In this document: piece by piece, positions 1 through 8,063 of the stretch | Layout of the letters: every line of letters begins with the position of its first letter | Position numbering within the stretch: position 1 is the stretch's first letter | Virus record (IMG/VR): IMGVR_UViG_3300023053_000001 | Coordinates: 160,001-224,000 of that record | DNA: 64,000 bases | Reading direction: 5' to 3' (one strand) | Source of the DNA: a virus | Lineage: Duplodnaviria > Caudoviricetes | Program-made: the position numbers and the translations under genes | Notes under the pieces: generated by a model | What the model saw: only the letters and a program-made list of their open reading frames with translations | Databases searched by the model: none | Told to the model about the DNA's origin: nothing

Positions 1-2
1 GT

Positions 3-1394
3 ACGCTGGTGTGGGGTGAGCGGGGCGAGACCTACATCAACGGCGGTTTGCCGTACGTGTCCGGCGTTGTGGGCCGTGGCAACATGTTCAAGTCGGTGTT
101 CAGCCTGTACTTCGTTCTGTCGGCGCTGAACCGCTACCGTCGTGCCAAGGCACTGGAGTACGACACCGAAACCTCGGCCACCATGGGCCGTATCCACATG
201 CTCAGCAAGCATATGGAAAACCTCGCTGGCGTCCATCTGGATGCCGCTGGCCGCTTCCGCCTGACCGACAACACCGTCATGTACGGTGATGAGTTCTGGG
301 TGCTGGCCAAGAAGATGTGTCAGGTCAAGCTGGACAACGCCAAGGCCTTCACCTGCACGGCGCCGTTCCGTACCGAGAAGAAAGAGATCATTCAGATTCT
401 CGATCCGACCATCAACTTCGTCGACTCCTTCTCGATGTTCTCGACCAAGGCGGTCAACGACATCTACGAGAAGAACAAGCTCGGTGATGGCGCGGCCAAT
501 ACCGACGCGCTGCGTTCGGCGGCGCACAAGACCCAGATGCTCATGCAGGTGCCGACCCTCACCGGTCAGGCAGCGATGTACCTGATGATGACCGCACACG
601 TGGGCAAGCAGCATCAGCTGGATGCGTACGCACCGGTGGAAAAGAAGCTGGCGTTCCTGAAGAACGCTTCGCTGAAGAACGTGCCCGAGAAGTTCACGTT
701 CCTCACCAACAACCTGTGGTACGTGTACAACTCCTCGGTGCTGGCCAACAAGTCCACCAAGGCGCCGGAATATCCGCGTTCGTCGGCCGACGACATGGAA
801 GGCGATACCGACCTGATGGTCATCCTCGTGCAGAACCTGCGCGGCAAGAACGGTCCGACCGGCCTGCCGTTCGAAGTAGTGCTCAGTCAGCGCGAAGGCG
901 TGCTCGCCTCGCTGACCGAATTCCACATGATCAAATCCAACGAGCGCTTCGGCCTGGGCGGTAATGATCGCAACTACTTCCTGGAACTGCTGCCGGACGT
1001 CAGCCTGTCGCGCACCACCGTGCGTGCCAAGATCGACGAGAACTACAAGCTGCGTCGTGCGCTGGAAATCACCTCGCAGATGTTGCAGATGCGTCAGCTG
1101 TGGCAGGACCCGGAAGGTGTGTTCTGCACCCCGAAGGAACTGTTCAACGATCTGAAGGCAATGGGCTACGACTGGGACGTGCTCCTGGGCGAAACCCGCG
1201 GCCACTGGGTCTTCAAGGAAGATGAGCCGTTCGAAGAGAAGCTGGCGCTGTCGACCTACGACCTGATGCGTATGCGTAAGGGCTTGTACCATCCGTTCTG
1301 GATGCCGGCGCTGTCGGACAAGGACGCGATGGAAAAGTTCAAGGCCGCGCGTGCGCCGATCAATCCGGCCGATCTGATGAAGATCGCCGCGTAA
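3..1394 (+). CDS. uvsX: UvsX/RecA-like recombinase of phiKZ-like phages (5' end outside window)
   Basis: The frame is open to the window edge. It has the degenerate Walker A GRGNMFKS after NGGL, and RecA-like core motifs (FVDSFS, MTAHVG, LRGKNGPTG). It lies close to the vRNAP beta-C gene, as in phiKZ-like phages. Confidence 0.8.
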   Translation, partial: TLVWGERGETYINGGLPYVSGVVGRGNMFKSVFSLYFVLSALNRYRRAKALEYDTETSATMGRIHMLSKHMENLAGVHLDAAGRFRLTDNTVMYGDEFWVLAKKMCQVKLDNAKAFTCTAPFRTEKKEIIQILDPTINFVDSFSMFSTKAVNDIYEKNKLGDGAANTDALRSAAHKTQMLMQVPTLTGQAAMYLMMTAHVGKQHQLDAYAPVEKKLAFLKNASLKNVPEKFTFLTNNLWYVYNSSVLANKSTKAPEYPRSSADDMEGDTDLMVILVQNLRGKNGPTGLPFEVVLSQREGVLASLTEFHMIKSNERFGLGGNDRNYFLELLPDVSLSRTTVRAKIDENYKLRRALEITSQMLQMRQLWQDPEGVFCTPKELFNDLKAMGYDWDVLLGETRGHWVFKEDEPFEEKLALSTYDLMRMRKGLYHPFWMPALSDKDAMEKFKAARAPINPADLMKIAA

Positions 1395-1399
1395 CCTGT

Positions 1400-1442
1400 A
1401 GTGCCGGGAGGCGGCACAGCTTCGGCTGGACCTCCCGGCATT
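1400..1442 (+). other. Stem-loop between the recombinase gene and the tRNA (terminator or RNA processing element)
   Basis: AGTGCCGGGAGG (1400-1411) pairs with CCTCCCGGCATT (1431-1442) and encloses a CAGC-TTCG-GCTG hairpin. Confidence 0.6.
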
Positions 1443-1454
1443 GCTGGATTTAAA

Positions 1455-1539
1455 CCGGAAGTGGTGGAATTGGTAGTCACAGCAGACTCAAAATCTGCCG
1501 GGTAAAACCGTGAGGGTTCGAGTCCCTCCTTCCGGACCA
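1455..1539 (+). tRNA. tRNA-Leu(CAA)
   Basis: Acceptor stem CCGGAAG/CTTCCGG, D-loop TGGTA, anticodon arm GCAGA-CTCAAAA-TCTGC, long variable arm, T-loop GGTTCGAGTCC and an encoded CCA end. Confidence 0.95.
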
Positions 1540-1628
1540 TTAAGATTCACCGCAAAGTACGGTGATGACGTAACAGCATTTCAGAAGGCCCCTTCCCACT
1601 GTCCTTCAATACCCGTATGGGTAGTATC

Positions 1629-1967
1629 ATGAACCATCAACACACCTCCCCTTTCTTGGTTAGCTGTGCCGTACGCACCATGCTCGCCATCCGTAATCCT
1701 GCTGCAGCTGAGCGCTTCCATGCGCTATACGCAGATAACGGTGATCCGTCAGTCCCCAACCAGTTGCGGACGATGAATCACTGGCTCTGCTACCAGCTGG
1801 CCACTTTGCCTCATTGCACGATGCAGTGGCGCACGGCGCTGATGTACGAGACCGAGTTTGACAGTTGGGTGGCCATGGTCAGTAATCTGATCATTCCCCA
1901 TCTGGTTGCGCACAACCTGCCAGTCGACCTCACCATGCAAACGCACGCATGTACACTGACAATCTAG
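1629..1967 (+). CDS. Hypothetical protein
   Basis: 112-aa ORF filling the gap between the tRNA and a terminator. The start is uncertain (1617 or 1629). Confidence 0.6.
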   Translation: MNHQHTSPFLVSCAVRTMLAIRNPAAAERFHALYADNGDPSVPNQLRTMNHWLCYQLATLPHCTMQWRTALMYETEFDSWVAMVSNLIIPHLVAHNLPVDLTMQTHACTLTI

Positions 1968-1975
1968 ACTTTTGA

Positions 1976-2006
1976 AACCGACGTCTTTCGGGACGTCGGT
2001 TATGTC
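1976..2006 (+). terminator. Hairpin followed by TATGTC
   Basis: AACCGACGTC-tttcgg-GACGTCGGTT followed by ATGTC. Confidence 0.6.
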
Positions 2007-2049
2007 TGTCTCTATTGTTTGACAGACTTTTAGCCTCAAGGATTCCCTC

Positions 2050-2715
2050 ATGAATCGTGCCGTTGCTACCGCACTGGCGGTCAAGCTCATTGACATGCCC
2101 ATCCCCGGTTCACCCAATGCTGCGACGTTGAAAGAGCAGCTCGATGCGCTCTCCGACGCAGACTTTGCCAATTACATGCGGGGCCTTCGCGATCGTACCG
2201 TGGTCCTGCCACTGACGGTCAGTAACATGGACCCGAAGTATTCGCTGGATCAGCAGCGCAATCTGGACAACTGCAAGAAGATCGGCTGCAAGATCTTCCA
2301 GCGGTTGATCAAGACCGATCCGACCACCGGCATGACCTTCCTCACCAATGAGGAGTATCTGATCGGCTGGGCTCCGCTACGTCGACAGCAGCAGATGCTG
2401 CTCAAGAAGATCTCCATTCCCGACAGCAACCTGCACGTGGATGAACTGACCGGTCAGCCGGCCGGTCCGTCCAAGGGTTCCAAGCTGTCCTTCCCGGAAA
2501 TCCAAGGCCTGTTCGCCCAGGGACAAGATCGCTCCATCGAAGAGCTGATCAAGTTCCGTGGCGGTGACGCCAAAGCGTACCGTGCCATGTCGCGCTCCAT
2601 TCTCGAAACTGGCCGCGCCAGTCAGGATGCGATCAAGGTCAACCCGACCCGCGTCAAGGCCAACGAGTCGCTGGAAATCCTCCTCAAGACCATGCACCTG
2701 GATACGAAGCTATGA
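2050..2715 (+). CDS. Virion RNA polymerase beta subunit, C-terminal fragment (phiKZ gp149-like)
   Basis: LLKKISIP...DELTGQP.GPSKGSKLSFPE...EELIKFRGGD resembles the C-terminal switch regions of RNAP beta. Size is 221 aa and it sits near the recombinase. Confidence 0.8.
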   Translation: MNRAVATALAVKLIDMPIPGSPNAATLKEQLDALSDADFANYMRGLRDRTVVLPLTVSNMDPKYSLDQQRNLDNCKKIGCKIFQRLIKTDPTTGMTFLTNEEYLIGWAPLRRQQQMLLKKISIPDSNLHVDELTGQPAGPSKGSKLSFPEIQGLFAQGQDRSIEELIKFRGGDAKAYRAMSRSILETGRASQDAIKVNPTRVKANESLEILLKTMHLDTKL

Positions 2716-3347
2716 GTGACTCCGCGCCCCGCAATCCCACGCTGCAACCTTCCCGTGGTAGCGGTATTCAGAAAGAACCCAAGGCAGGCGCTGCCCCGCC
2801 GGCGGCGGCTTTCGAACGTCCGCTGGAAAATGGCGTGGATGTCCCCAGCCTCATTCTGGATATGGTCGCCTACCAGACCGCCAACTGCGCTGGCCATCGC
2901 TTCACCCGCGAGGTGCATCCTGATGAGCTGCGCATGATCGGCAATCTGCTCTCCACCGTGCGCTGGCTGTACATCAGTAACGAGGAGACGGCCAAGTCGG
3001 TGTGGGATGACAACATCAAGACCAATGCGGTCCTGTTGGAATACGTCCTGCGCCTGACCCAGAACGTGAGCTTCTACCTGCATGGCTGGAACGTACTGGA
3101 TACGGCCATCGAGCTGATGTCCACGGTCCTGGCCAAGCCGCCCACGCCGATCTACGACCAAGCGCTGGCTGCGCGCCTGAGCGACATCGACTCGGTGCGC
3201 AGGCTGCTGCAGCAGAACCCGTGGCTGCTGGCCCTGCAACTGGCTGCACTGTCCGATGGTACAGCAGCGCTGGGCCGTGTGGCTGATCCGCGTCAGGCTG
3301 AAGTGTTGGCCATGCAGCGACCCACTGAGTCGGAGAAGCCCGCATGA
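2712..3347 (+). CDS. Hypothetical protein
   Basis: 211-aa ORF with ATGA overlaps to both neighbours and phage-typical codon usage. Confidence 0.75.
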   Translation: MSDSAPRNPTLQPSRGSGIQKEPKAGAAPPAAAFERPLENGVDVPSLILDMVAYQTANCAGHRFTREVHPDELRMIGNLLSTVRWLYISNEETAKSVWDDNIKTNAVLLEYVLRLTQNVSFYLHGWNVLDTAIELMSTVLAKPPTPIYDQALAARLSDIDSVRRLLQQNPWLLALQLAALSDGTAALGRVADPRQAEVLAMQRPTESEKPA

Positions 3348-4183
3348 TTCAGTCCGAGCTGCTGTACATCTACGTGGATCTGGATGCGCTGCTCGATACG
3401 CGACTGACCACCATCTTGCAGCACTGGCCGGAAGCAGCTGCCAGGCTGGTGGCTGACGATGCGTACTACCTGCGTGAGATGGATGAGTGGCTCGAACACG
3501 GTATCAGTAAGGAAGACTTCCGCCGTGCTTACGATCGTCGCGACATCAACGTGCTGCGCGGTGCCATCGTTACGCCCAATGCCATGCGTCTGAATGAGAT
3601 CATCTCCCATCTGGAGGTGCAAAACAGCACGACGCCGGGCGCCGGCAAGCCGGTGGTGGAACTGAACATCTGGCCGTACAAGCTCGATGATGCCCAGCGC
3701 ACAGCCTACATCAATGCGGTCATGAACTTCACGGGTGTGGAAACGCTGGTGACCATCATCAATCGTCCGCCGCAGTTGGTGACGATGAGCGATGCACGTC
3801 ACAAGTACGCAGGGCTGTTCATGTACGACTTTGCCTACTGGGCGCGTCTGCACACCAAGGCCATGTCCACGGTGATCGCACCGTCCACCACCTTCTACGC
3901 TCCGACGATCTTCTTGGACAAACCCATGTCCCCGGATGATCTGAAGGCCCATGGCCTGCGGGGCGATGTGAACCCGGTGGTGTTGGTGGAGATGGGCTTT
4001 GCTGAGAAGCTGGCCTTGGACATGCTTCCGACCTTCTTCTTCTGCCCGGTTCGCCCGGAGCGTGCGGAGGAATGGATGAAGATGTTCTACGAAAAGCGTC
4101 GTCCTGACGGGGGCCATCCGGCCTCGCAGGAAGAAGATGCCCGCCGTGCTGAACTGGCCAAACAGGCCGAGGAAAAGAAGTGA
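3344..4183 (+). CDS. Conserved phage protein with an N-terminal HAD-like DxD motif
   Basis: 279 aa. YIYVDLDALLDTR resembles HAD motif I. It is translationally coupled to the upstream gene. Confidence 0.6.
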   Translation: MIQSELLYIYVDLDALLDTRLTTILQHWPEAAARLVADDAYYLREMDEWLEHGISKEDFRRAYDRRDINVLRGAIVTPNAMRLNEIISHLEVQNSTTPGAGKPVVELNIWPYKLDDAQRTAYINAVMNFTGVETLVTIINRPPQLVTMSDARHKYAGLFMYDFAYWARLHTKAMSTVIAPSTTFYAPTIFLDKPMSPDDLKAHGLRGDVNPVVLVEMGFAEKLALDMLPTFFFCPVRPERAEEWMKMFYEKRRPDGGHPASQEEDARRAELAKQAEEKK

Positions 4184-4228
4184 GCATACAGCCCCTGCCC
4201 CGTCAAAGGGCAGGGGCTGTATATTTTT
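4184..4228. terminator. Bidirectional terminator between convergent genes
   Basis: 13-bp stem ACAGCCCCTGCCC/GGGCAGGGGCTGT. There is a T-tract on + and GCATA (TATGC on -) at the 5' side. Confidence 0.8.
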
Positions 4229-4266
4229 GCTCTTTATACCGATTCTATACAGTAGAAAGTTACTTC

Positions 4267-4830
4267 CTACAGTTCCTCGCCTTCGCCATCGCCCAGGTCG
4301 GGTGCAAAGCGCACTTCCTCGTTGCCCAGGCTGCGTTCCACCGCCTCACGTTCGGCCATCTTATTGGCTTCGATGATGGGAGCCATGCGTGCATGGAAGT
4401 TGTCGTAGCGCTCCATCGCCAGTCCCTGCTCCTTGGCCGTTTCCGGGAAGGGGTTGACAGCCGGATCGTGTTCCAACGAGGGGATGTCACGCGCCGCCGG
4501 CTTGGGCTGACCGTCTTCGGGACGAACCTCAAAGGGCGACACGCCACGGGTCTGCGCCTGAATGCCGGCAATGATGAGCGCCGCCTTGCGGTCTTCGTTA
4601 CCAACCTTCTCGATCACGCCCAGCTTCTTCTTGGCCATGGCCGTCTTGGACATGTGGTCCAATGTGGTCAGCAGCAAGTAGCCGTCTTTGACGTCTGTGG
4701 GGATCGTGGTACCGTGCTCGGTCATCTGTTTGATGATAGAGCGACGCACGTCTTGGGTGAAATCGACGACGCTATCGTCGTCGGCCACGTCTACTTGGAC
4801 GTTGAGCAGGTGTTTCATAGCGTCAGTCAT
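4267..4830 (-). CDS. Hypothetical protein
   Basis: 187-aa ORF from MTDAMK with an acidic C-terminus, ending at the terminator. Confidence 0.75.
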   Translation of the reverse strand: MTDAMKHLLNVQVDVADDDSVVDFTQDVRRSIIKQMTEHGTTIPTDVKDGYLLLTTLDHMSKTAMAKKKLGVIEKVGNEDRKAALIIAGIQAQTRGVSPFEVRPEDGQPKPAARDIPSLEHDPAVNPFPETAKEQGLAMERYDNFHARMAPIIEANKMAEREAVERSLGNEEVRFAPDLGDGEGEEL

Positions 4831-4892
4831 AAGGCACCATTGAAAAAATGTACAATCACATATCATAGAAAGGTAAGCAATAAAGGTACATC

Positions 4893-5450
4893 ATGTCCAT
4901 CTTGTCCCGCATTACCCAACCTTTCCGATCCATCTTCAATGGCGTCCAGCAGAGTCAACAAAAATCACGTGGACGGCAGTTCATTGAAGAGCTTGAAGCA
5001 GTCGATCAGAGTACACCTGAAACGCTGTTGACGGTGCTAACCGAGTGGCAAAACGAAATCACCTTCCAGCGCTACAATCCGCGTACGGCCGAACTCACGC
5101 CGTATAACGGAACCTTCCCTCGCCTCGATGATCTGCACGGTGCATTGCTCCGGGCTTATAACGCGATGATGAGTGATCGAGGACTGGTGCTGGAAGACAT
5201 CAAGATTCGCACGGATCGCGAGTTCACCCTGGACTACTTCCTGTCCACCGAGGACAATTTCAGTATCGACCCTGGCCAGGCCTTTGAAGACATCTACAAG
5301 GTCATGGTCGACAACGAAATGTTGCTCACGCGGATGGATGCGGATTACCGCCGCGAGCATTACGTCCTCAAATACCAAGCCATGCGACGTGACGGCTTGG
5401 TCGTCTTGGAACTACTGGCCCGACTGAGCGATGTTGCGATTCGGGCCTAA
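4893..5450 (+). CDS. Hypothetical protein (possibly virion-associated)
   Basis: 185-aa ORF after an AT-rich divergent intergenic region with an AAGGT SD-like motif. Confidence 0.75.
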   Translation: MSILSRITQPFRSIFNGVQQSQQKSRGRQFIEELEAVDQSTPETLLTVLTEWQNEITFQRYNPRTAELTPYNGTFPRLDDLHGALLRAYNAMMSDRGLVLEDIKIRTDREFTLDYFLSTEDNFSIDPGQAFEDIYKVMVDNEMLLTRMDADYRREHYVLKYQAMRRDGLVVLELLARLSDVAIRA

Positions 5451-5464
5451 GGTGCGGAGTACAC

Positions 5465-5878
5465 ATGCAGAGAAACAAAGACGAAGACATCCTCAGAGAA
5501 AGTGACTGGGGAAAGAGCAAATCCCGTGACACGCTGACTGAACTGTGGCGGGGTTTGCTGATGCAGGGTAACATCGGTGTCCAGACTTGGCGGATCAAGA
5601 TGGATCGACTGATGCATGATCCTCGCCAGATGTTGATGTCGCGTAGCGAGAGTAAACCTTCGATGCGGGGTAACCTGCGCAAGGCCTTGCTGCGTGACAA
5701 GATGACCTTCAAGCAGTTTGAGCGGGGCATCGTGTTTTTGGGTGTGGAGTATGCCAAGATCATCATCGAGGTGAAATGGCCTGGCCCCGCCGGTCGAGTG
5801 GATCGTGTTGAAAAGACGATCAACCTGGCTGCGGTGGACATGAACTCCAATGACGATGAGGATGACAACGATGACTGA
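5465..5878 (+). CDS. Conserved phiKZ-like hypothetical protein
   Basis: 137 aa, GGAG SD, RGNLRKALLRDKMTFKQFERGI motif and an acidic tail. Confidence 0.75.
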   Translation: MQRNKDEDILRESDWGKSKSRDTLTELWRGLLMQGNIGVQTWRIKMDRLMHDPRQMLMSRSESKPSMRGNLRKALLRDKMTFKQFERGIVFLGVEYAKIIIEVKWPGPAGRVDRVEKTINLAAVDMNSNDDEDDNDD

Positions 5879-6509
5879 CAACATCGTGGCCACACTCATC
5901 TGTCCGGAGGATGATGGCGTCAGTCACATCAACATCTACAGCGTCGGGCGGACCGTGCTGGGGCGTTGGATGTCCAACTTCGACCACTCGCCCTTCACCC
6001 ATCCGATCTACGGTAGGTTCGCCAGTATGGAAGCATACTGGTACTGGATCGCCACCGGTCGGATACACGATGAACTGCGTCCGCGTTGGGGGATCAGCGC
6101 CAAGAGCGTGGGTTCCAGACTGCCCCGTGTCAACATCGATACATTGGAGTTCAAGCAACTGATCTTGGAGGGGTTCCTCTGCAAGACGCTGGCAACTCCG
6201 CAGGCCATGGTCGACATGGCCGCAAGCTATCTGCCGTTCACCCACTACTACGCCTTTGCCAGTAAGCGCAATCCTGAGGCCAAGCAGACCGTGGTGGATC
6301 AGTCAGGTAAACATCTGTGGCAATTGCAAGCCTGGACGTGGATTCGTTTCCTCTTGCAGAGCAACGGTCAAGCCTACATGGAAGATGCGCGCGATTACGC
6401 TCACACTCACCAGATGGACTGGATCGTCACGCTATTGGAGGAGTTGCGCGAGCCAGTTCTCACTCTGGCGGAAGAGTTGGTGCAGCGCAGTCGCTTCGGC
6501 GGTCAATAA
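5871..6509 (+). CDS. NADAR-like (ADP-ribose processing) domain protein
   Basis: DGVSHINIYS...LGRWMSNFDHSPF..P.YGRFASMEAYWYW resembles the SNF..pF....F...E NADAR signature (T4 gp30.3-like). Confidence 0.55.
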   Translation: MTDNIVATLICPEDDGVSHINIYSVGRTVLGRWMSNFDHSPFTHPIYGRFASMEAYWYWIATGRIHDELRPRWGISAKSVGSRLPRVNIDTLEFKQLILEGFLCKTLATPQAMVDMAASYLPFTHYYAFASKRNPEAKQTVVDQSGKHLWQLQAWTWIRFLLQSNGQAYMEDARDYAHTHQMDWIVTLLEELREPVLTLAEELVQRSRFGGQ

Positions 6510-6510
6510 G

Positions 6511-6550
6511 AGATGGGGGCTTTGGCTCCCATCTTTTTTTTTGTGCCGTC
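6511..6550 (+). terminator. Intrinsic terminator
   Basis: AGATGGGGGC-ttt-GGCTCCCATCT, then a long T-tract and TGTGCCGTC. Confidence 0.85.
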
Positions 6551-6594
6551 GACCCCCTGACCTAGGTTATGAGAGCTTCCCTTACGAGATTCCT

Positions 6595-8010
6595 ATGGTC
6601 ACTTCATCTGATGCATTGAAAAAGGTCCAAGGCGCTGCGGTGTCCTTGACCAAGAAGAAGCTGACGGCAGCGGCCACTGAAGTCAGCGGTAACGTCACCA
6701 ACCGCCTCAAGCAGAAGCTGAGCGATAAGCTGTCGTCTACGTCCAAGTCCGCCAGCGCGGCTACCACGGCCCTCACCGGCCTTGGCGGTGTCGACGCACT
6801 CACCTCAGGGTTGACCGGTAAGATGGGCGCCCTGGCCGATCTAGGCGGTTTGAAGACCGGTGCCAGTAAGGCCATCAGCTTTGCCACCGATTCGCTGAGC
6901 AAAGCAGCCAACGCCAACACTGCTGACCTGTTCCGTTCCAAGATGGAAGGGATGATGGGCAACAACGTGGCGGCGATGTTGCAGGGTGAGGCGCAGATCA
7001 ATGCCAAGCTTGCACCCTCCCTGGTCACCACCGGTCCCAACGACAAGCTGCTCACCGTCGATGCCTACGATTACAATCCCAAGGCGATCTTCACCTCCTT
7101 TGCCGGTAAGGTCAGTGACCAAGCTACCGGTATCTTCGATGCGCTGGGCGGTAAGGGCGCAATCGCCAAGACCGTGGCCGGTGTCTTGAAGAAGGGCGTG
7201 TCCGGTAACCTCAGTTTGGATACGGGGGCACTGAAGGATCGTCTGATCCAAGTCGCTGGCGGCAAGACCGGCATCATCAACAAGCTGTCCACCAGTTTCA
7301 AGCAGGGCATTGGTGAAGCCACCGGTATTCCTGCGGGGCTGTTGAACAAGGCCAACGTGGTGATCGATGGCGTGGCCCGTGCAGTGGCTACCGATGACAT
7401 TCGTAGCGCCTCCACGTTGTTTGATCTGGTCGGTTCGGTCGTCAACGATAACAGCTTGGTTGAATTCTTGGACATGGGTGCCAAGGCATCGATGCTGTCT
7501 TCGATCTACCGCGAAGCGATCAATCTGGGTGTACCCGAAGCGATCGACATTGTGGTGCGTAAGGCCAACACCAACGATCCTTCAGCGCTGTACGCGCTGG
7601 GCGCCACGATCGATACGGCCGTCATCAACGGCAACATCCCCACTGTCAAGCTGATGATCGACAAACTGGGCGCGCCGGCGGTGCTGGCTAAGTTCCCTGA
7701 ATCGATCCGTCAGATTCTGGCCTCCTACCAGTTCGACAAAGATCCCAGTGAAGCCAACCTGACGCTCATGTACAACGAGCTGATGGCCGTGCTCAATGCA
7801 CTGGACCCGAACTGGGGTAAGTTCCAGCGCAACGGGGTGTGGGTGACTGACTTCACCGTCTACACCAACATCAGCGGTCATGCAAAGCAGTTGCTCAGTC
7901 GTGATACGGACCGCGTGATTGGCATGTCGCTGGCCTCGTACTATCCGGTGACGTCCTGCGCCGGAAAGGCACGTGAGTTCTATCCCTCTGCCGTGTTTGA
8001 TCTGACCTGA
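6595..8010 (+). CDS. Putative virion structural (tail/baseplate) protein
   Basis: 471 aa from the ATG at 6595, with an Ala/Gly/Ser/Lys-rich N-terminus. It converges on the tail-tip/tape-measure block. Confidence 0.6.
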   Translation: MVTSSDALKKVQGAAVSLTKKKLTAAATEVSGNVTNRLKQKLSDKLSSTSKSASAATTALTGLGGVDALTSGLTGKMGALADLGGLKTGASKAISFATDSLSKAANANTADLFRSKMEGMMGNNVAAMLQGEAQINAKLAPSLVTTGPNDKLLTVDAYDYNPKAIFTSFAGKVSDQATGIFDALGGKGAIAKTVAGVLKKGVSGNLSLDTGALKDRLIQVAGGKTGIINKLSTSFKQGIGEATGIPAGLLNKANVVIDGVARAVATDDIRSASTLFDLVGSVVNDNSLVEFLDMGAKASMLSSIYREAINLGVPEAIDIVVRKANTNDPSALYALGATIDTAVINGNIPTVKLMIDKLGAPAVLAKFPESIRQILASYQFDKDPSEANLTLMYNELMAVLNALDPNWGKFQRNGVWVTDFTVYTNISGHAKQLLSRDTDRVIGMSLASYYPVTSCAGKAREFYPSAVFDLT

Positions 8011-8056
8011 CATAAGCCCCTCCAGTCCGCAATGGACTGGAGGGGTCTATGCCGTT
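8009..8056. terminator. Bidirectional hairpin flanked by GACATA...TATGCCGTT
   Basis: CCCCTCCAGTCC-gcaat-GGACTGGAGGGG between convergent genes. Confidence 0.85.
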
Positions 8057-8063
8057 CTTTTCT

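Noticed and set aside
1256-1540. 94-aa minus ORF (MVRKEGLEPSRFYPADFES...)
   Set aside because: It is the antisense translation of the tRNA gene, a well-known artefact.
6256-6594. N-terminal extension of the 6595 gene given in the ORF track
   Set aside because: It overlaps the upstream gene and runs through a terminator. The ATG at 6595 is the plausible start.
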